From positions 1 through 43,619 of the forward strand of contig CDMY01000607.1 in assembly GCA_001179505.1 (NCBI GenBank): a stretch of 43,619 nucleotides of DNA, in the 5' to 3' direction. A program made the position numbers and the translations under genes. The DNA comes from Vitrella brassicaformis CCMP3155. Its lineage: Eukaryota; Protista; Chromerida. The notes beneath the pieces were generated by a model. The model saw nothing but the letters and a program-made list of their open reading frames with translations, had not been told where the DNA came from and did not search any database. Positions 23,757 through 35,977 of this stretch are shown here, piece after piece (position 1 is the first letter of the stretch; each line of letters begins with the position of its first letter).

Positions 23757-24842
23757 AGGGTTTTGTTACGTCAACGACTGCGTGTTGGCGGCGTTGGAGT
23801 TCCTCAAGTACCACCACCGGGTGGTCTATGTCGACATCGACATCCACCACGGCGATGGCGTCGAGGAGGCCTTCTACTGCTCCGACAGGGGCATGTGCGT
23901 CTCCTTCCACAAATACGGAGACTACTTCCCGGGCACAGGCGCCCTCGCGGTGCGTGGGCACACGCACACACACGTCAGATGGACGGATGGATGTGTGTGT
24001 GTTTCTGTGGGTGTGTGGTGTGTGTTAGGATATCGGGGAGGGGCCTGGCCACGGCTACTCGGTGAACGTGCCGCTTCGCGACGGCGTGGATGACGACACC
24101 TTCATCAAGCTGTTCACACAGGTGCGTGTGCGCCCACTTGGTGCGTCAGGCGTTGATTGCATCTCTCTGTGTGTGTGTGTGTGTGTGTGTGCTGGCCGCC
24201 ATCCGTCCCTCTCTCAGGTCATGACATTGGTCAAGGAGCGGTATCAGCCGGAAGCCGTCGTCCTCCAGGCAGGAAACCACACAAGCACACCACACACACA
24301 CATCGCCGGTGCCACTCGTGCCGTCTCTCTTTCTCTCTCTTTCTCTCTCTGTGTGTGTGAATGGTCAGTGCGGTGCCGATTCGCTGAGCGGGGACAGGTT
24401 AGGGTGCTTCAACCTGTCGCTCAAGGGCCACGGGTACGCTGTCGACTACATGAAGAAGTGGAACGTGCCTTTGCTGCTGCTGGGGGGCGGCGGCTACACC
24501 CTCCGCAATGTGCCCAAGTGCTGGGCGCACGAGACGGCAACCGTCCTTGGCACCACGCTTGAAGACGGTCAGTGGGTCGGCGGCAGACAGACACACACAG
24601 GGGGAGAGGGAGGGAGGGCGCGAGGGACAGAGGGGGAGGCACTCATGTGTCTCTGTGCATGTGTGTGTGTGTGTGTGCAGAGCTGCCTCAGTCCAAGTAT
24701 TACGAGTACTTCGGTCCGGACTATTCGCTCACCGTGCGGACGTCCAACATGGAGAACCTCAACGACGACAGATACTGCAACTCTGTCGTGTACCCACACA
24801 CACACGCTGACACACGCTGACCCATCGCACAGACACAGGCCC

Positions 24843-24877
<35 letters not shown>

Positions 24878-25127
24878 TGTGTGCAGTCAGCAGATCACCG
24901 AGAATTTTCGCAACAAAGTCAGCCCGGTGGGCGCCCAGATCATTCCCAGTGAGTGTGTGTGTGATGTAGAGAGGAACCATCCCGTCTCGTGTGTATCTGT
25001 GTGTGTGTGCGTTTCCTTCATCCCCCATTATGGACCAGGTCAGAGTCCTGCGCCCGATGCGGTGGATTACGTGACGCAGTCGGCCGAGCCGTCGCCGGAC
25101 GTCAGGATGCCGGACAAGGACAAATGA
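22507..25127 (+). CDS. HDAC: Class I (RPD3-type) histone deacetylase, HDAC1/2/3 family
   Basis: Spliced product MSTVEK...IVYFYD|[23 protein letters not shown]...[13 protein letters not shown]...[16 protein letters not shown]|GFCYVND...[18 protein letters not shown]...[13 protein letters not shown]...[15 protein letters not shown]...[10 protein letters not shown]...-TGA. All catalytic and Zn-binding motifs are intact. Confidence 0.96.
23378..23677. other. Assembly gap (300 N) in an HDAC intron, flanked by poly-C
   Basis: The flanking exons join seamlessly (EAS G|G FCY), so no coding sequence appears to be lost. Confidence 0.97.
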
Positions 25128-25887
25128 GACCGATCGGCCGACACGTGTGTGTCATGTGTATGTGCAGCCCCTGCTGCCTCCCTGCCTCCCCGCTGTGTCC
25201 ATAATTGACGCTCTGCGTGTATGTGTGTGAGAGACGACTGCTTCATCCATCCCTTCCTGTGGAGACATGCGCTCGTGTCAACGGATGCATGACGCCCGAG
25301 ATATTCGCATTCAGTTGTGTCCGCGTAGTCACACCTACACATCAATCACACAACAGCTAGCTGACACACAATGGTCGTTGCACACGAGCAGCCTGTCAGC
25401 CCTCTTGGACCCGCTCCTCGCCATCCCCTCAAAAGCAGACGAGCTTCACATCTGCCATGAGCAGATGCGCAGAGAGGAACCCAAGAGAAACCGACACTGC
25501 CACTCGCGAGTGAATCATAGTGATAACCGGCTGAGCACGGCCCAACTCGCACAGGATGCACGACCCAGTGGGATACACGATAGACAATCCCATGCAGCCG
25601 TGAGAGCCCCCTGTGCTCTGAACGTCGAGCTCCTCGACCATCTGCGACCTCTGCAGCCATGTTGGATGGCTCCAGAGGTACAAGATGACCGAGGAAGACG
25701 AAGTTTCAAAGCACCAGGCGGCTGCCATCGGCATGTCACACTCACAGTCAACGAAAAAGACCCTTCATTCCCCATTGATTGTCTCACTCTCAGTCAGTCA
25801 TGAAATGCAGCGCACCACAAACAAATAAGATGGGACATCTCTCTCTCCGTCTGTCTGTCTGAAAACATCACAGTCACAGTCACGCCC

Positions 25888-28439
25888 TCACGGCTGCTGC
25901 TGCTGTGGCTGCTGCTGACCACCGGGGAATGGCTGCTGGTGCATCATGGGCATCGCCATATGTGGGGCGAACGGCATCCCCATCCCCATGCCCATGGCCG
26001 TCGGATCAAAACCCATGAAGCCCATCCCACCGACACCACCCCACTGCGGCTGACTTGGTGGCGGTGGGGCCGGCTCAGCGGGGAGTGGGGGAGGGGGCGG
26101 GGCGCTGTCGTCGCTCGGGGGAGGGGGCGCCTCGCTCTCAGAGGGCAATGGGGGCGCATCGGATGACCCGGGGGATGGGGCAGGGGCCGTTGCGTCCTGC
26201 ATGGTGACGTCTGCAGAACCAGCAGCAGCAGGGGTGGGGGCGGGGGAGGCTTGTGGGACGGCTGGTTGTGGTTGTGGCTGTGGCGGGACGGCCATCGATG
26301 GTGCCATTGGGAAGGGCATGAATGGCGGGAAGCCGAAGGGCGGGAAGGGCATGCCCATGCCCGGCATCCCTGGCGCAGGCAGCATTCCCGGACCGATCGG
26401 AGGAACGGGGAAACCTGCAACAACCACACACATAAGGCACACACGATTCACATGAAGAGACATCCCTCCCTCCCTCCCACTCGCCCTTGTTTGCTCTGTT
26501 TCTCACCTGGTCGAGGGACCATATTGGCCAGCCCAGCCATGCCCATCCTCGGACGCAGCTGCTCCGCCCCCGGCGTGGCCGCAGCTTTCGTCGCCTCGGC
26601 CATCTTGGCATCTTCCGACGCCCGTGCGGGCGGTGGCGGGTCGAGGTCATCCAGCAAGGGCTTGCCCGATATCTCCGACATCATCTTGCGATACTCCTGG
26701 TCCATCTTCCATTTTTCATAGGGATTGCTGGCGGCCCCTGGGGGCGGGGGCGGCTGGGTGAGGCCCGGGACGACGGCGCCCATTCCTGGGACAGTGGGGA
26801 GGGTGGCGCTTGCAGGGTTGGCCTCTGCGGCTGCGCGGGCGTCGGAGACGTCGACGCCGTCCTCCTCTGCGGCCTTCATCATGTCGACGAGCGAGGCGCC
26901 TGGGGTGTAGTACTTGCAGTCCATCGTCACGTGACCGAGGTCGCCACAGATGGTGCACCGCTGAATGAACACACAGGACAGGACAGCCACATGGAAGGTG
27001 GTGAGATGGGGGGCACCAGGGATTGCGCCTGTGTGTCGTTATCTCACCACTTCAGGCTTCTTGAAAGTCTGCATCTGCTGTGCCTCGGGACACTCAAATG
27101 CTGCACAACCAACACACACACACAAACACACATGAGAAACATTCCCCTCCCCCCCTGTGTGTGTGCGTGTGTGTGGTTACCGAGGTGCCCGATGGCCTGG
27201 CAGACGGAGCAGCGGACCTCGTTGGTGGCGAGGCCGAAGTTGAGCCCGTTCACGAGTGCCAGCTGCTCCATGCCCTTCTTCTTGAACTCCTCGTGCAGCT
27301 GGTGGGACGGATCCAGCAACGGCTCGATCAACGACACTGCCTTCTACACACGACAAACACACAAAGAGAGACAGGGAGAGGGTGGGCATGCTGGTGTGTC
27401 TGTCTGTGTTTTGCGTGTTCGGTGTCTGTCTGCTGCACACGTCACGTACGTCGAGTTTCTCTTCGGTGTCGGCTGCGATGTGGACGTGCATGGGCATCTG
27501 GGCCTCCTCGTCGGTCTGGTAGTCCTGGCGCTTGCCCTCTTTCTGCACACACACAACACAACACACCGCACGGTCACACACGCTCTGTATGTCTGTCTGT
27601 GTGGGTCTGGCTGACGTCGCGTATCATTGACAGGTACCTGTGTGCCCTTGCCGCGGATTGAAATGTTGGCGCCGCTCTCGGCCTCGAGCCGCTTGTGGTT
27701 GCACCCCCGCGGGCCGATGATCAGACCCATGAAGTTGTACTCGGGAAACTGACACACACATGCACACATACAAAGAAACACACACAGACAGACCAGATGC
27801 ACCCATGGATGTGGCAGTGGGTGTCTCTCGATTATCTCTCTCACACACACGGATGCGCACATACCTTGTCGTGAGGTATCATGATCTTCTTGACCTTCTT
27901 CTGCGGCTTGAAGTCAATCGGCGCCGCGAACCCCTCCACGTTCTTGATCATAAACTCAACCAAACGATTGTGCTCGTTGCTCATCGACTGCTTCACCCTG
28001 TTGGCCAGACCATCCACAGAGACACAGCGCCACACACAACGAGACACACATGAGACACCACACGCGACACGCGACACTCCCCAGCGGCTCACCTGACGTC
28101 ACGTGTGTTGGTCCTGGTGCCCTTGGCGTCGTAAGTGGGCGGCGGGGAGGGCGGTCTGATGTCGGGATCGCCCCACTCGATCTCCCCGCGCTTGAGCTTC
28201 TCGCCCAGCTCCTCCAGCCGCTGCTCGCGGAGGAACTGGTCGACCTGCATGGGCGTGAGTCCAGGCGGGATGTCGAGGAAAGGCGGCGGCTTGAAGGGGA
28301 CGTCCTCAGGGTCACCCCAGCGGCCCTTGCCCCTGCTGTCGCGCTTCCTCTCCCAGCGGGTGCGCCGTCCCTCCTCTGTCGTCTTCTTGGGGAGGGCGGC
28401 ATCCAGCGATACCAACGCCATCAGCTGATCCATCGACAT
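25888..28439 (-). CDS. SF1: Splicing factor 1 / branchpoint-binding protein (KH-QUA2 domain, two CCHC zinc knuckles, Pro-rich tail)
   Basis: RRTRW...[54 protein letters not shown] (KH GxxG), CSVCQAIGH and [14 protein letters not shown] knuckles, Pro/Gly/Met-rich C-terminus ending in TGA. Confidence 0.95.
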
Positions 28440-28698
28440 GCTGCCTGTAGTGTAGATGTGCGATAAGCCGCCTTGGCTTGCTCAGTTGATGTCACAGGGG
28501 TTTGGAGGCCTTTTTTCGCAGCTGCCTTTTTGCGAGCTTGGAACAAAGATGCGCTAGGGTGCTGCATGAAACCGCTGCCTGCTTGCTCGCTTGCTTGAGA
28601 GAAAGGAAACACGAGGGACGGCATGTACAGCTCTGTGTCGACTGCGTGGCTAATCGGTTCATCCCGCATCGGCACGGTGTTCTCATCTTGACAAAGGC

Positions 28699-29655
28699 AT
28701 GTCTGGTGTGCCTCGCCCGCCCCGTCCCGTCCCTCGTCCGGCGGGCAGGCCCGTACCCAGACCAAAGATGCCACCGCCAGCAGCCAAGAACAGCGCACCC
28801 CCTGCTGCTGCTGCTGCCGCTGGTCCACCTCGCCCTCCTCCCGTCGCCAAAAACGGTGCTGCTCCCGCCCGCCCTGCCGCTCCCCCTCCCGCGTCTGGCC
28901 CTGCAGAGTGGTACCACCCGAAGGCGTCCGAGTCAGTCATAGTCGCCCCCCGGCAGGACAAGAATCCCGTGGTCGGCCTCATCAGGGGCCGAGTGCCGGT
29001 GGAGATGGGCAACATCGTCCCCGACTTCCTGGTGGGCAAGGCCAATGCGGTGCTGTTCATCGGGCTGCGGTACCATCGGCTGCATCCCGAGTACCTGGGG
29101 GGGCGTGTGAAGCAGCTGCGGGACAGCCACAAGTACCGGCTGATCACCATATTGTGCAATGTGGACTTGGACGACCCCGCGGGGCCGCTGGAGGGCATCA
29201 CCACCATCGCATACCACAACCAGTGCTCGATGCTGTGCGCCTGGGGGAATGAGGAATGCGCCAAGTCAGTGCACACCACACAACACGACACACAGAGAGA
29301 GAGAGGGCGAGACCCGTAAGCATCTGTGGTGTGTGCGCGCATGTGTGTGTGTGTGCGTGTGTGCAGGTATCTCGTGACCCTCAAGTCCTACGAGAACAAG
29401 CCGGCTGATCTGCTGCAGGGCCGGTTCGAGACGGACCACGCCGTCCGGCTGACCGAGGTGCTGACCACCATCCCCACCGTCAACAAGACCGACGCCAACA
29501 CACTCATGGGTCAGTTCGGTTCGCTCAAGGACATCATGGCGGCCGACGGCAAGGACCTCAGCCAGTGCCCCGGGATTGGGGACAAGAAGCAGCGGCAGCT
29601 CATGAAGGCACTCCACGAGCCCTTCTTCTCTGCCGATAACGGGAAGGACGAATGA
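28699..29655 (+). CDS. ERCC1: DNA excision repair protein ERCC1 (Rad10), 2 exons (28699-29264, 29367-29655)
   Basis: IVPDFLVG...VLFIGLRYHRLHPEY...WGNEECAK|YLVTLKSYENKPADLLQ, plus the tandem HhH motifs TIPTVNKTDANTL and CPGIGDKK. Confidence 0.95.
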
Positions 29656-29948
29656 CTGACTCTCTGCTTGTTTCTTGTACATATCGAGTTGTATGTGTGC
29701 TGGATGGTGATGTTGTCACGGGCCTGTGCGTGTGCCAGAGTGTCTTTTCGCAGCTATTCGACTCAATGGTCGGATTTGCTCACCCGAGCGTCGAATCGGA
29801 TGACTGACGGGGAGGTGCTATGGTTGTGCACACCGAAGCCCCGCGGGACAGACAGACAGACTGACAGACAGACAACAATCAGCCAGTCATTCTCTGTTGG
29901 TCGATGGACGTCTGGGTGCTTTTCACCCATGGTTTATCGCAGAGCGCC

Positions 29949-30048
29949 GTGTGTGGATCATGGTGCCTCGGCCGCTGATGCCCGTCTGGTCTGATTCTCC
30001 TTTCAGACCAGCAGCACGTCAGCGGACAAGGCGCCATGATCCATACAC
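29949..30048. ncRNA. Long imperfect inverted repeat (46-bp arms, 8-nt loop); candidate structured RNA hairpin
   Basis: Arm 29949-29994 pairs with 30003-30048 at 37 of 46 positions by Watson-Crick pairing. Three further positions are G-U on the + strand. The inverted repeat itself is certain; the ncRNA function is inferred. Confidence 0.4.
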
Positions 30049-30566
30049 AAGCCTGCGGCACGATGATGTGATGTTATGCATGGGGCAGTGTGTGTGTGGG
30101 GGGTTCGACAGACTGTGTCTGGCCGGCTGGAGAGATGCCGATGGGTGTGCCTGTATCCTTTCTGACCGATCCAGGTGCGTGGCCGCAGCCTTGCCCATAC
30201 CCGTCTTGCCATCAGCACACGGTCAGGAACGGGCATAGGCCAGGAGAGGCACACGGGCATGGCGGTCAGAAACGGTGCGGACTCGTTTGACTGTGTCTTA
30301 GACGGACGATGGCTGCTGTCATGAGAAGTGACATGGTGCTCTACGTAACAAAGTCACCCACTACCCCTCTCTCTCCCGGGATAAATGAGTGACATCACCA
30401 CACACACACACACACACATGCACCAAACCCACTGCACTGCACTGCACGCCAAATCTCTTTGTCTCACACACACACACACACACGAACGAGCCGCTCTTTG
30501 AGCCGACAAAATGCGAGCCAGTCATCTGTCATCGGTGGGTGCAGACATGGAACCATCCCCTTCACA

Positions 30567-31034
30567 TCACACCACCGCTGGCAGGAGGGGAACCCGCAGT
30601 GTGTGCAGGTACAGCACTAAGGCAGACAGGAGCAGCATGCCGCCAGCCTGCAGCATGAAACACACACACACACACGAACGATAGAGTGAGGTGTGTGTGT
30701 GCTATATGTGTGTCGGCAGGGTGCGGGGGGTTTGCTGGCTGGCTGACAGTGGCAGCCCTCCCTCTCTCTGCAAGCACTCTGGCTGTCTCTCTGGGCTGAT
30801 ATGGGAAGGCCCCACATGTTTGGATGGGCACACACTGGGGAGGCAAACCAGCCACCGTCTCTCTCTCTCTCGCTCTCTCTCTCTCTGTCTCTCTGTCTTT
30901 CTGTTCGTCTGCTGGCGAGGGTGTGCGTGTGCGTGTCTGCTCACCTGGTGTGCGACGCCGAGGTCCACCGGCACATACATCATCAGGGTGGCGATGCCTA
31001 GCAAAACCTGGTGAGATTGAGCCGTTTACACACA

Positions 31035-31066
<32 letters not shown>

Positions 31067-33166
31067 CAAATGGACGATGTGAGTGCATAGTGAGGTGGGA
31101 TGGGTTCCCCTCACCCATCCACTCACCTGTCCAAAAGCAGCGGCCGGGAGGAGGTGCGCCGCAAACTGCACACACGGACGGCACAGACCAAAAGGATAGA
31201 ACACACGATCTCCCTCTCCATGTGTGGACATACCTTGACGGCTGGTGACACAGGCAGGCTCCTCGCCGTCAGGAACAACCCTGACACAAACAAGCAAAGA
31301 GAGACGATGGAGTCATCCAGCCATTGGTCGCTGTGGGCCGCTGTCTGCCACCCACCTGCCGTCGATGCGAGTGTGGCGTATGCGAGCAGCCTGTGGTCGA
31401 ACTGCACCACGGGCGTGCTCTCAAACACATTGCGGATCAGCCCGCCGCGGAGCGTCTCGAACACCTCGGGCGGCACCCAGCTGCACCCCCCCATAAAAAC
31501 ACAATCAGCACGTCTCTCTCTATCTCTCTGTCTCTCTGTCTCGTAGCTCACTCGTCAAGCATTTTGGGCCAGGTGTTGTAGGCACGCCCCGCGTCATTGC
31601 CGGCCACAAACGCACCTAACAAACAGAAGGAAAGAAGATCTCTGCCACATCCATCCATCCATCAATCGGCTCTGTTGGGCTGACCAGACACAAGCGTGAT
31701 GCCGAGCAGAGCGGCCAGTGGCGCACTGAAGCCCCGCAGCCGGCGTGCCGCCTGCACCATGGCCTGTGTGGGGTGCACCGTCTCTGGGAGGGGTCGCAGA
31801 AGGGTCAGGGAGGTCCACAGGCAGCCGGCGTAGAGCGCAAAGGCCATAGTCAGGTGGGTTGCCAGCCGATAGGGCGATACTCTGCAGTCATTCGTCAATC
31901 CATCCACCACAATATCTGTCCTCTGTGTGTGTCCTGGTGGCCATACCTGGGTGTCTTGAGCTGTGTGGTGGGCTCTGTGAGCCCGCTCTTGACCATCCAC
32001 CAGCCGATGCCGCCCTGCATCGCGCCAAAGGCGAAAAGACCTGCACCAAACCCACACACGCGCATCTGTTGTGCCCTTGTGCTCTCTCTCTCTCTCTCTC
32101 TGCGCCTCTCTGTGGCACCTACCTGCGAGCCTGATGAGCAGTGGTGGCCTGAGAGCCCCTCTGAGAAGGAAGTAGGCGAGCCCGGTGCCGAACACCACAC
32201 CAGTGAAGCGGCCAGCCATCCTGGAAAGCGCAACACACGACACAGCAGAGCAGGAGCCATGTCTGCAGTATCGTATTGGTGTACCTGTGGAACCACTCGA
32301 CAAAGTAGATGTACTTGAACTCGTCCAGGGTCATCCCGTAGTTGATCTGGGTGTACTCGGGAGTCACCTGCACACAGACACCGACACCGACACTTCAGCA
32401 ATCAACCGACTGTGGCTCCGTTCATGAGCCGCCCAGGAGCATTCATTGGCGACCGACCTTGTACTTGTCGAACTCCACATTCCATTCGTCTTCAGTGCTC
32501 GGCAGCGGGCGCCCCTACACACACACACACACACACGGGAGCGAATACGTAAACAGCCACACAGCCACCACACGCAGCGTTGGTTAGTGCTGTTTATCCT
32601 ACCTCGAATTTCCAGTCGGTCATTGAGAGGCCCGATTTGGAGAGCCTCGTGTAGCCGCCTATCGTCACCATCCCAAATACGCAACCAGACGATGCTGCTC
32701 AACACACACATCAGACACAGCCCATTCCATGGTTGTCTGTGCGCCTGTGTGTGTACTCCCTCCCTCACCGAGAAGCCACCAGCCGACGGGTTTCTCAAAG
32801 CCTGGCCTCACCCACCCCCCGCCCCAACCTCCACTGCTGTTGCTGGTAGTAGTGGTGCCCTCCGACGCAGTCGCTGACTCACCAGCAGCCGTCCTCCCAC
32901 CCACACTGACAACCAGACCATTCGCACAACGAACAAACAGAGAAAGTACAACACCCTCACGCCACTGATCTCTGTCGGTTGGTTTCATCATCGCACCTGC
33001 TGTCAGCTACAGCCGCTGATGTGAACCCCCGTTGCTGAGCCCGGCCAGCACCACTCGGTGGAGAGCTGCCTGGTGCCGATGAGGGCGGCGACGATGCGTG
33101 GCTGGACGCATCAGATCTGATGGGACGGAGCTGCACGCGGCGGGACAGAGAGGTCCGGAGGGCCAT
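30567..33166 (-). CDS. COX15: Heme A synthase (cytochrome c oxidase assembly protein COX15) with N-terminal mitochondrial-type transit peptide
   Basis: MALRTSLSRRVQLRPIRS... (Arg/Ser-rich leader); VGWWLL|ASSGCVFGMVTIGGYTRLSKSGLSMTDW, EFDKYK|VTPEY, EWFHR, QGGIGWWMVKSGL, VSPYRLATHL, GAFVAGNDAGRAYNTWPKM, VQFDHR, GVAHQ; ends in TGA. Confidence 0.95.
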
Positions 33167-33389
33167 GCGGTGGCCGGCGTAGCTGCCTTGCAGCAGGCGA
33201 GCAAACGATGAGTACCGATACATACTGCACGGCCTCAGATCTGAACCCTTCACCTCCGTCTGTTTCCTTTCTTTTGCCTCAAGCTCGCACAGATCGTCGG
33301 CGAGAAAGGATGAGTTCCTGACGAATCTCTCGTCAGTTATAAGCCGCGCGGCTGTAGCTGAGGCTGTTGCGACCGACAAACAGTGAAGA

Positions 33390-35465
33390 ATGACGAGCGA
33401 CGATACCAAACGTCAGGGCCCTCCACCGTCCTCACCGTCTGTCACAGATGATGGCCATGAGGACGGCATTGCTTCTCAGCTGGCCGCAGCCAGACAGCAG
33501 GCGGCCGTCATCATCGAACAGGCCGACAGAATCGAGAAAGAGATCAGCGAGAGGGTCACAGCCCTGGGCGGCACTGCAGACGTCACGCAGCTGCCGGCAG
33601 ACAGGATGGACGACAAGCTCGACATCAATGTGAGTGGCGAGCGCCTTCGCCGTGTGAAGCGGTCGGCCCTCTGTGCGGTCAAGGGCACCGTGATGGCCAC
33701 CCTGTTCGACGGCCGCTTCGACAAGGCGTTCGTGCGTGACTCGGAGAATCGCATTTTCTTGCCCGTGTACCCACCTGTGTTCAGAATGTAAGCAATCAGA
33801 AGGGGAGAGAGGGACGGCACACGTCGTTGACTCATCTGTTCTGCCGCTGTGTGTGCGCGTGTTTTGGTTTATGTCAGGCTGGTTGAGCGGCTCCACTACT
33901 ACGAGCGATGGGGGGAGATCGCGGCCATCACGCTGCCCGTCTCGAAGAAAGCTGACCGGGCATACAGGTGAAGAAGCACTGACACAATGGAGAGCACAGA
34001 GGGGAGCGGCGCTTTACGTGGATGTGTGTCGATTTGTGTGCGTCAGCTTCTGGTTTGGGCGGCTGATGCACAACCCGTCGACCAGGCGAGCCAAGGCCGG
34101 CGGTGCGGGGGACGGTGGCGTGATGGACGACATCGATGACGATAGCGGTGACGGTGTGGTGGATATGGGGAAGAACCTGCTGGCGACGTTGGAGCGACTT
34201 TCTCGCGAGAAGGCGGTCGAGATGGCCCGTTTGGACGCCATCAAGCCCATGCTCAAGACGGGCGACGTAGAGGATGATCAGGTCCAACACACTGGAGGGG
34301 AGATGGGTGAGGGGTAATGGGGTGGTGTATCCCGCCGTCGTCTGTGTGGTGGTGTGTTGTTTCAGTTGTTGTCGATAGACGAAGAGTTCGGCGGTAGGGT
34401 GACTATGACTCAAGCGGCGGCCAAGTCGCTGGGCGGCGACGACAGCACGTTCTACGCACGATTCACCAAGTAGGCGCAAAAACCGATGGGCGGTTGTGGC
34501 CATCACCCCACTCATCTGCACGCGTGTTGTCACCAAGGTATGATCCGTTGAGTCAGTGTGGGTTGGACGATGTGCGTCGTGTGGTCGACATCGTCGTGCG
34601 GGCCCACCAGCAGTGGAGGGACATGACGGCGGCTGACGTTCTGCAGGCCATGGGCGACACCCCCTTGTCCCTCTTCCGCTGGGCCCTCGACGTGTTCGGC
34701 CTCGAGGCTGAGCGCTTCTTCGGACCGGCCGACGGTCTCCTCACCGCACAGCACCTGCAAAACATCAAAGCCTGGGGTGCGGACTGCAACGACTTCCCTA
34801 ACATCCCTTCATACGTTAGCGAGCCAGTCGAGCGCCTATACAAGTGAGCTGACACGTCATGTCAACCCCCCTGTGGCGCACTATTCTTTCTCCATCTCTC
34901 TCTGTCTGTGTCTATGTCTGTGTGTGTCAGGGCGACTGTAGATGGTTGGCGTTTCGGAGATCTCGTGAAGGCGGTCAAGGCCCACGAGCTGCTGCTGCCG
35001 ATTCTCCGTGTCAAGGGCACCAGCGAGCTCTTCGGCACCGTCATCAAGGGCAAGATTGACCTTACGGGGCCAAAGAAGAAGATGCAGTGCGGCTTGGCCT
35101 ACGACTTCAAGCTGACAGGCACTGACGCACACTCACACGTGGGCTGCATCGGAGACGACGAGCGCATCTATCATCTGGCGGGGCTGCAGGAGAAGCTGCA
35201 CGTGACTGACCTCACCAACATCCGTGCGCCCGACCTTCTGTACGTTCTTGGCACGGGCAACTTCGACATTGGCATCACGGCACCTGACGAGGAGGTCCCA
35301 GCAGCAGCGGCGGACGTGTCGCTGAAGAGGTGCCAGGCATCTGTGCATAAGAGCGATGACCGCTGGGCGGACTGGGAGAGAGAGGAGTCTAACGGGTATC
35401 TGCCTGTGTCTGAGTTGGGTCTCCACTTTGAACTAGACGAGATCGAGGCGTACAAGCTAGCTTGA
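33390..35465 (+). CDS. BTB/POZ (KCTD-type) + degenerate TLDc domain protein
   Basis: KLDINVSGERL...MATLFDGRFDKAFVRDSENRIFLPVYPPVF (KCTD-type BTB), a second degenerate BTB-like segment, and LYK|ATVDGWRFGDL...ELDEIEAYKLA* (TLDc LYRAS.DG...E+E+Y). Canonical GT-AG introns. Confidence 0.8.
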
Positions 35466-35977
35466 CAGAGGGAGGCAGGGGGGATGGAGGAGAGGGGCAT
35501 ACTCTGACTCCAATGAGTGCACGCAATCGAACTCATCTGGTGAATGTCCATATATCGAAGGCTGCCAGGGTGGCTGCATCAGAGGGATAAATGAATCACT
35601 GTCCATTCTTCAAGTATGCATCACCCAGCTGACACACGTACCGAACACTGCAGGAGATCTCTCACAGACGCGCATCGCTCACCGGCAAGAATTAGTCGAG
35701 AATTCGCGATCCGAGACGGCAGGCCCCCCGACTTTCTTCGAGCCCTTTCTTCAAAGAAATGTAGCAAGTGGGCAGATGAAATCCGTGATGGTCAAGCTCC
35801 CCTTCGTCAGGTGAAAGAGCGTCTCACAATATTTCAGCTCCGCATTCTTTCTTCATTCACAGCGTCTGACCCCGGAGCCACTGGTTGAGAGACCCTCTGC
35901 GGCTGGCGTCGAACAGCAGGCAACCAGCAGCCGGCAACCAGCAGCCGGCAACCAGCAGCCGAAATGACACCTTGTTG

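Noticed and set aside
25267-25803. 178-aa ORF between HDAC and SF1
   Set aside because: No homology or splice support; it lies in the convergent 3'-UTR region.
28683-29384. 233-aa minus-strand ORF
   Set aside because: Antisense to ERCC1 exon 1.
30168-30195. ccaggtgcgtggccgcagc, superficially like SRP RNA helix 8
   Set aside because: Lacks the GNRA tetraloop and the correct spacing of the CAGG...AGCAG motif.
35914-35961. Short 14-nt tandem repeat (agcagccggcaacc, about 3 copies), considered as CRISPR-like
   Set aside because: No spacers, eukaryotic context and no cas genes; it is a simple minisatellite.
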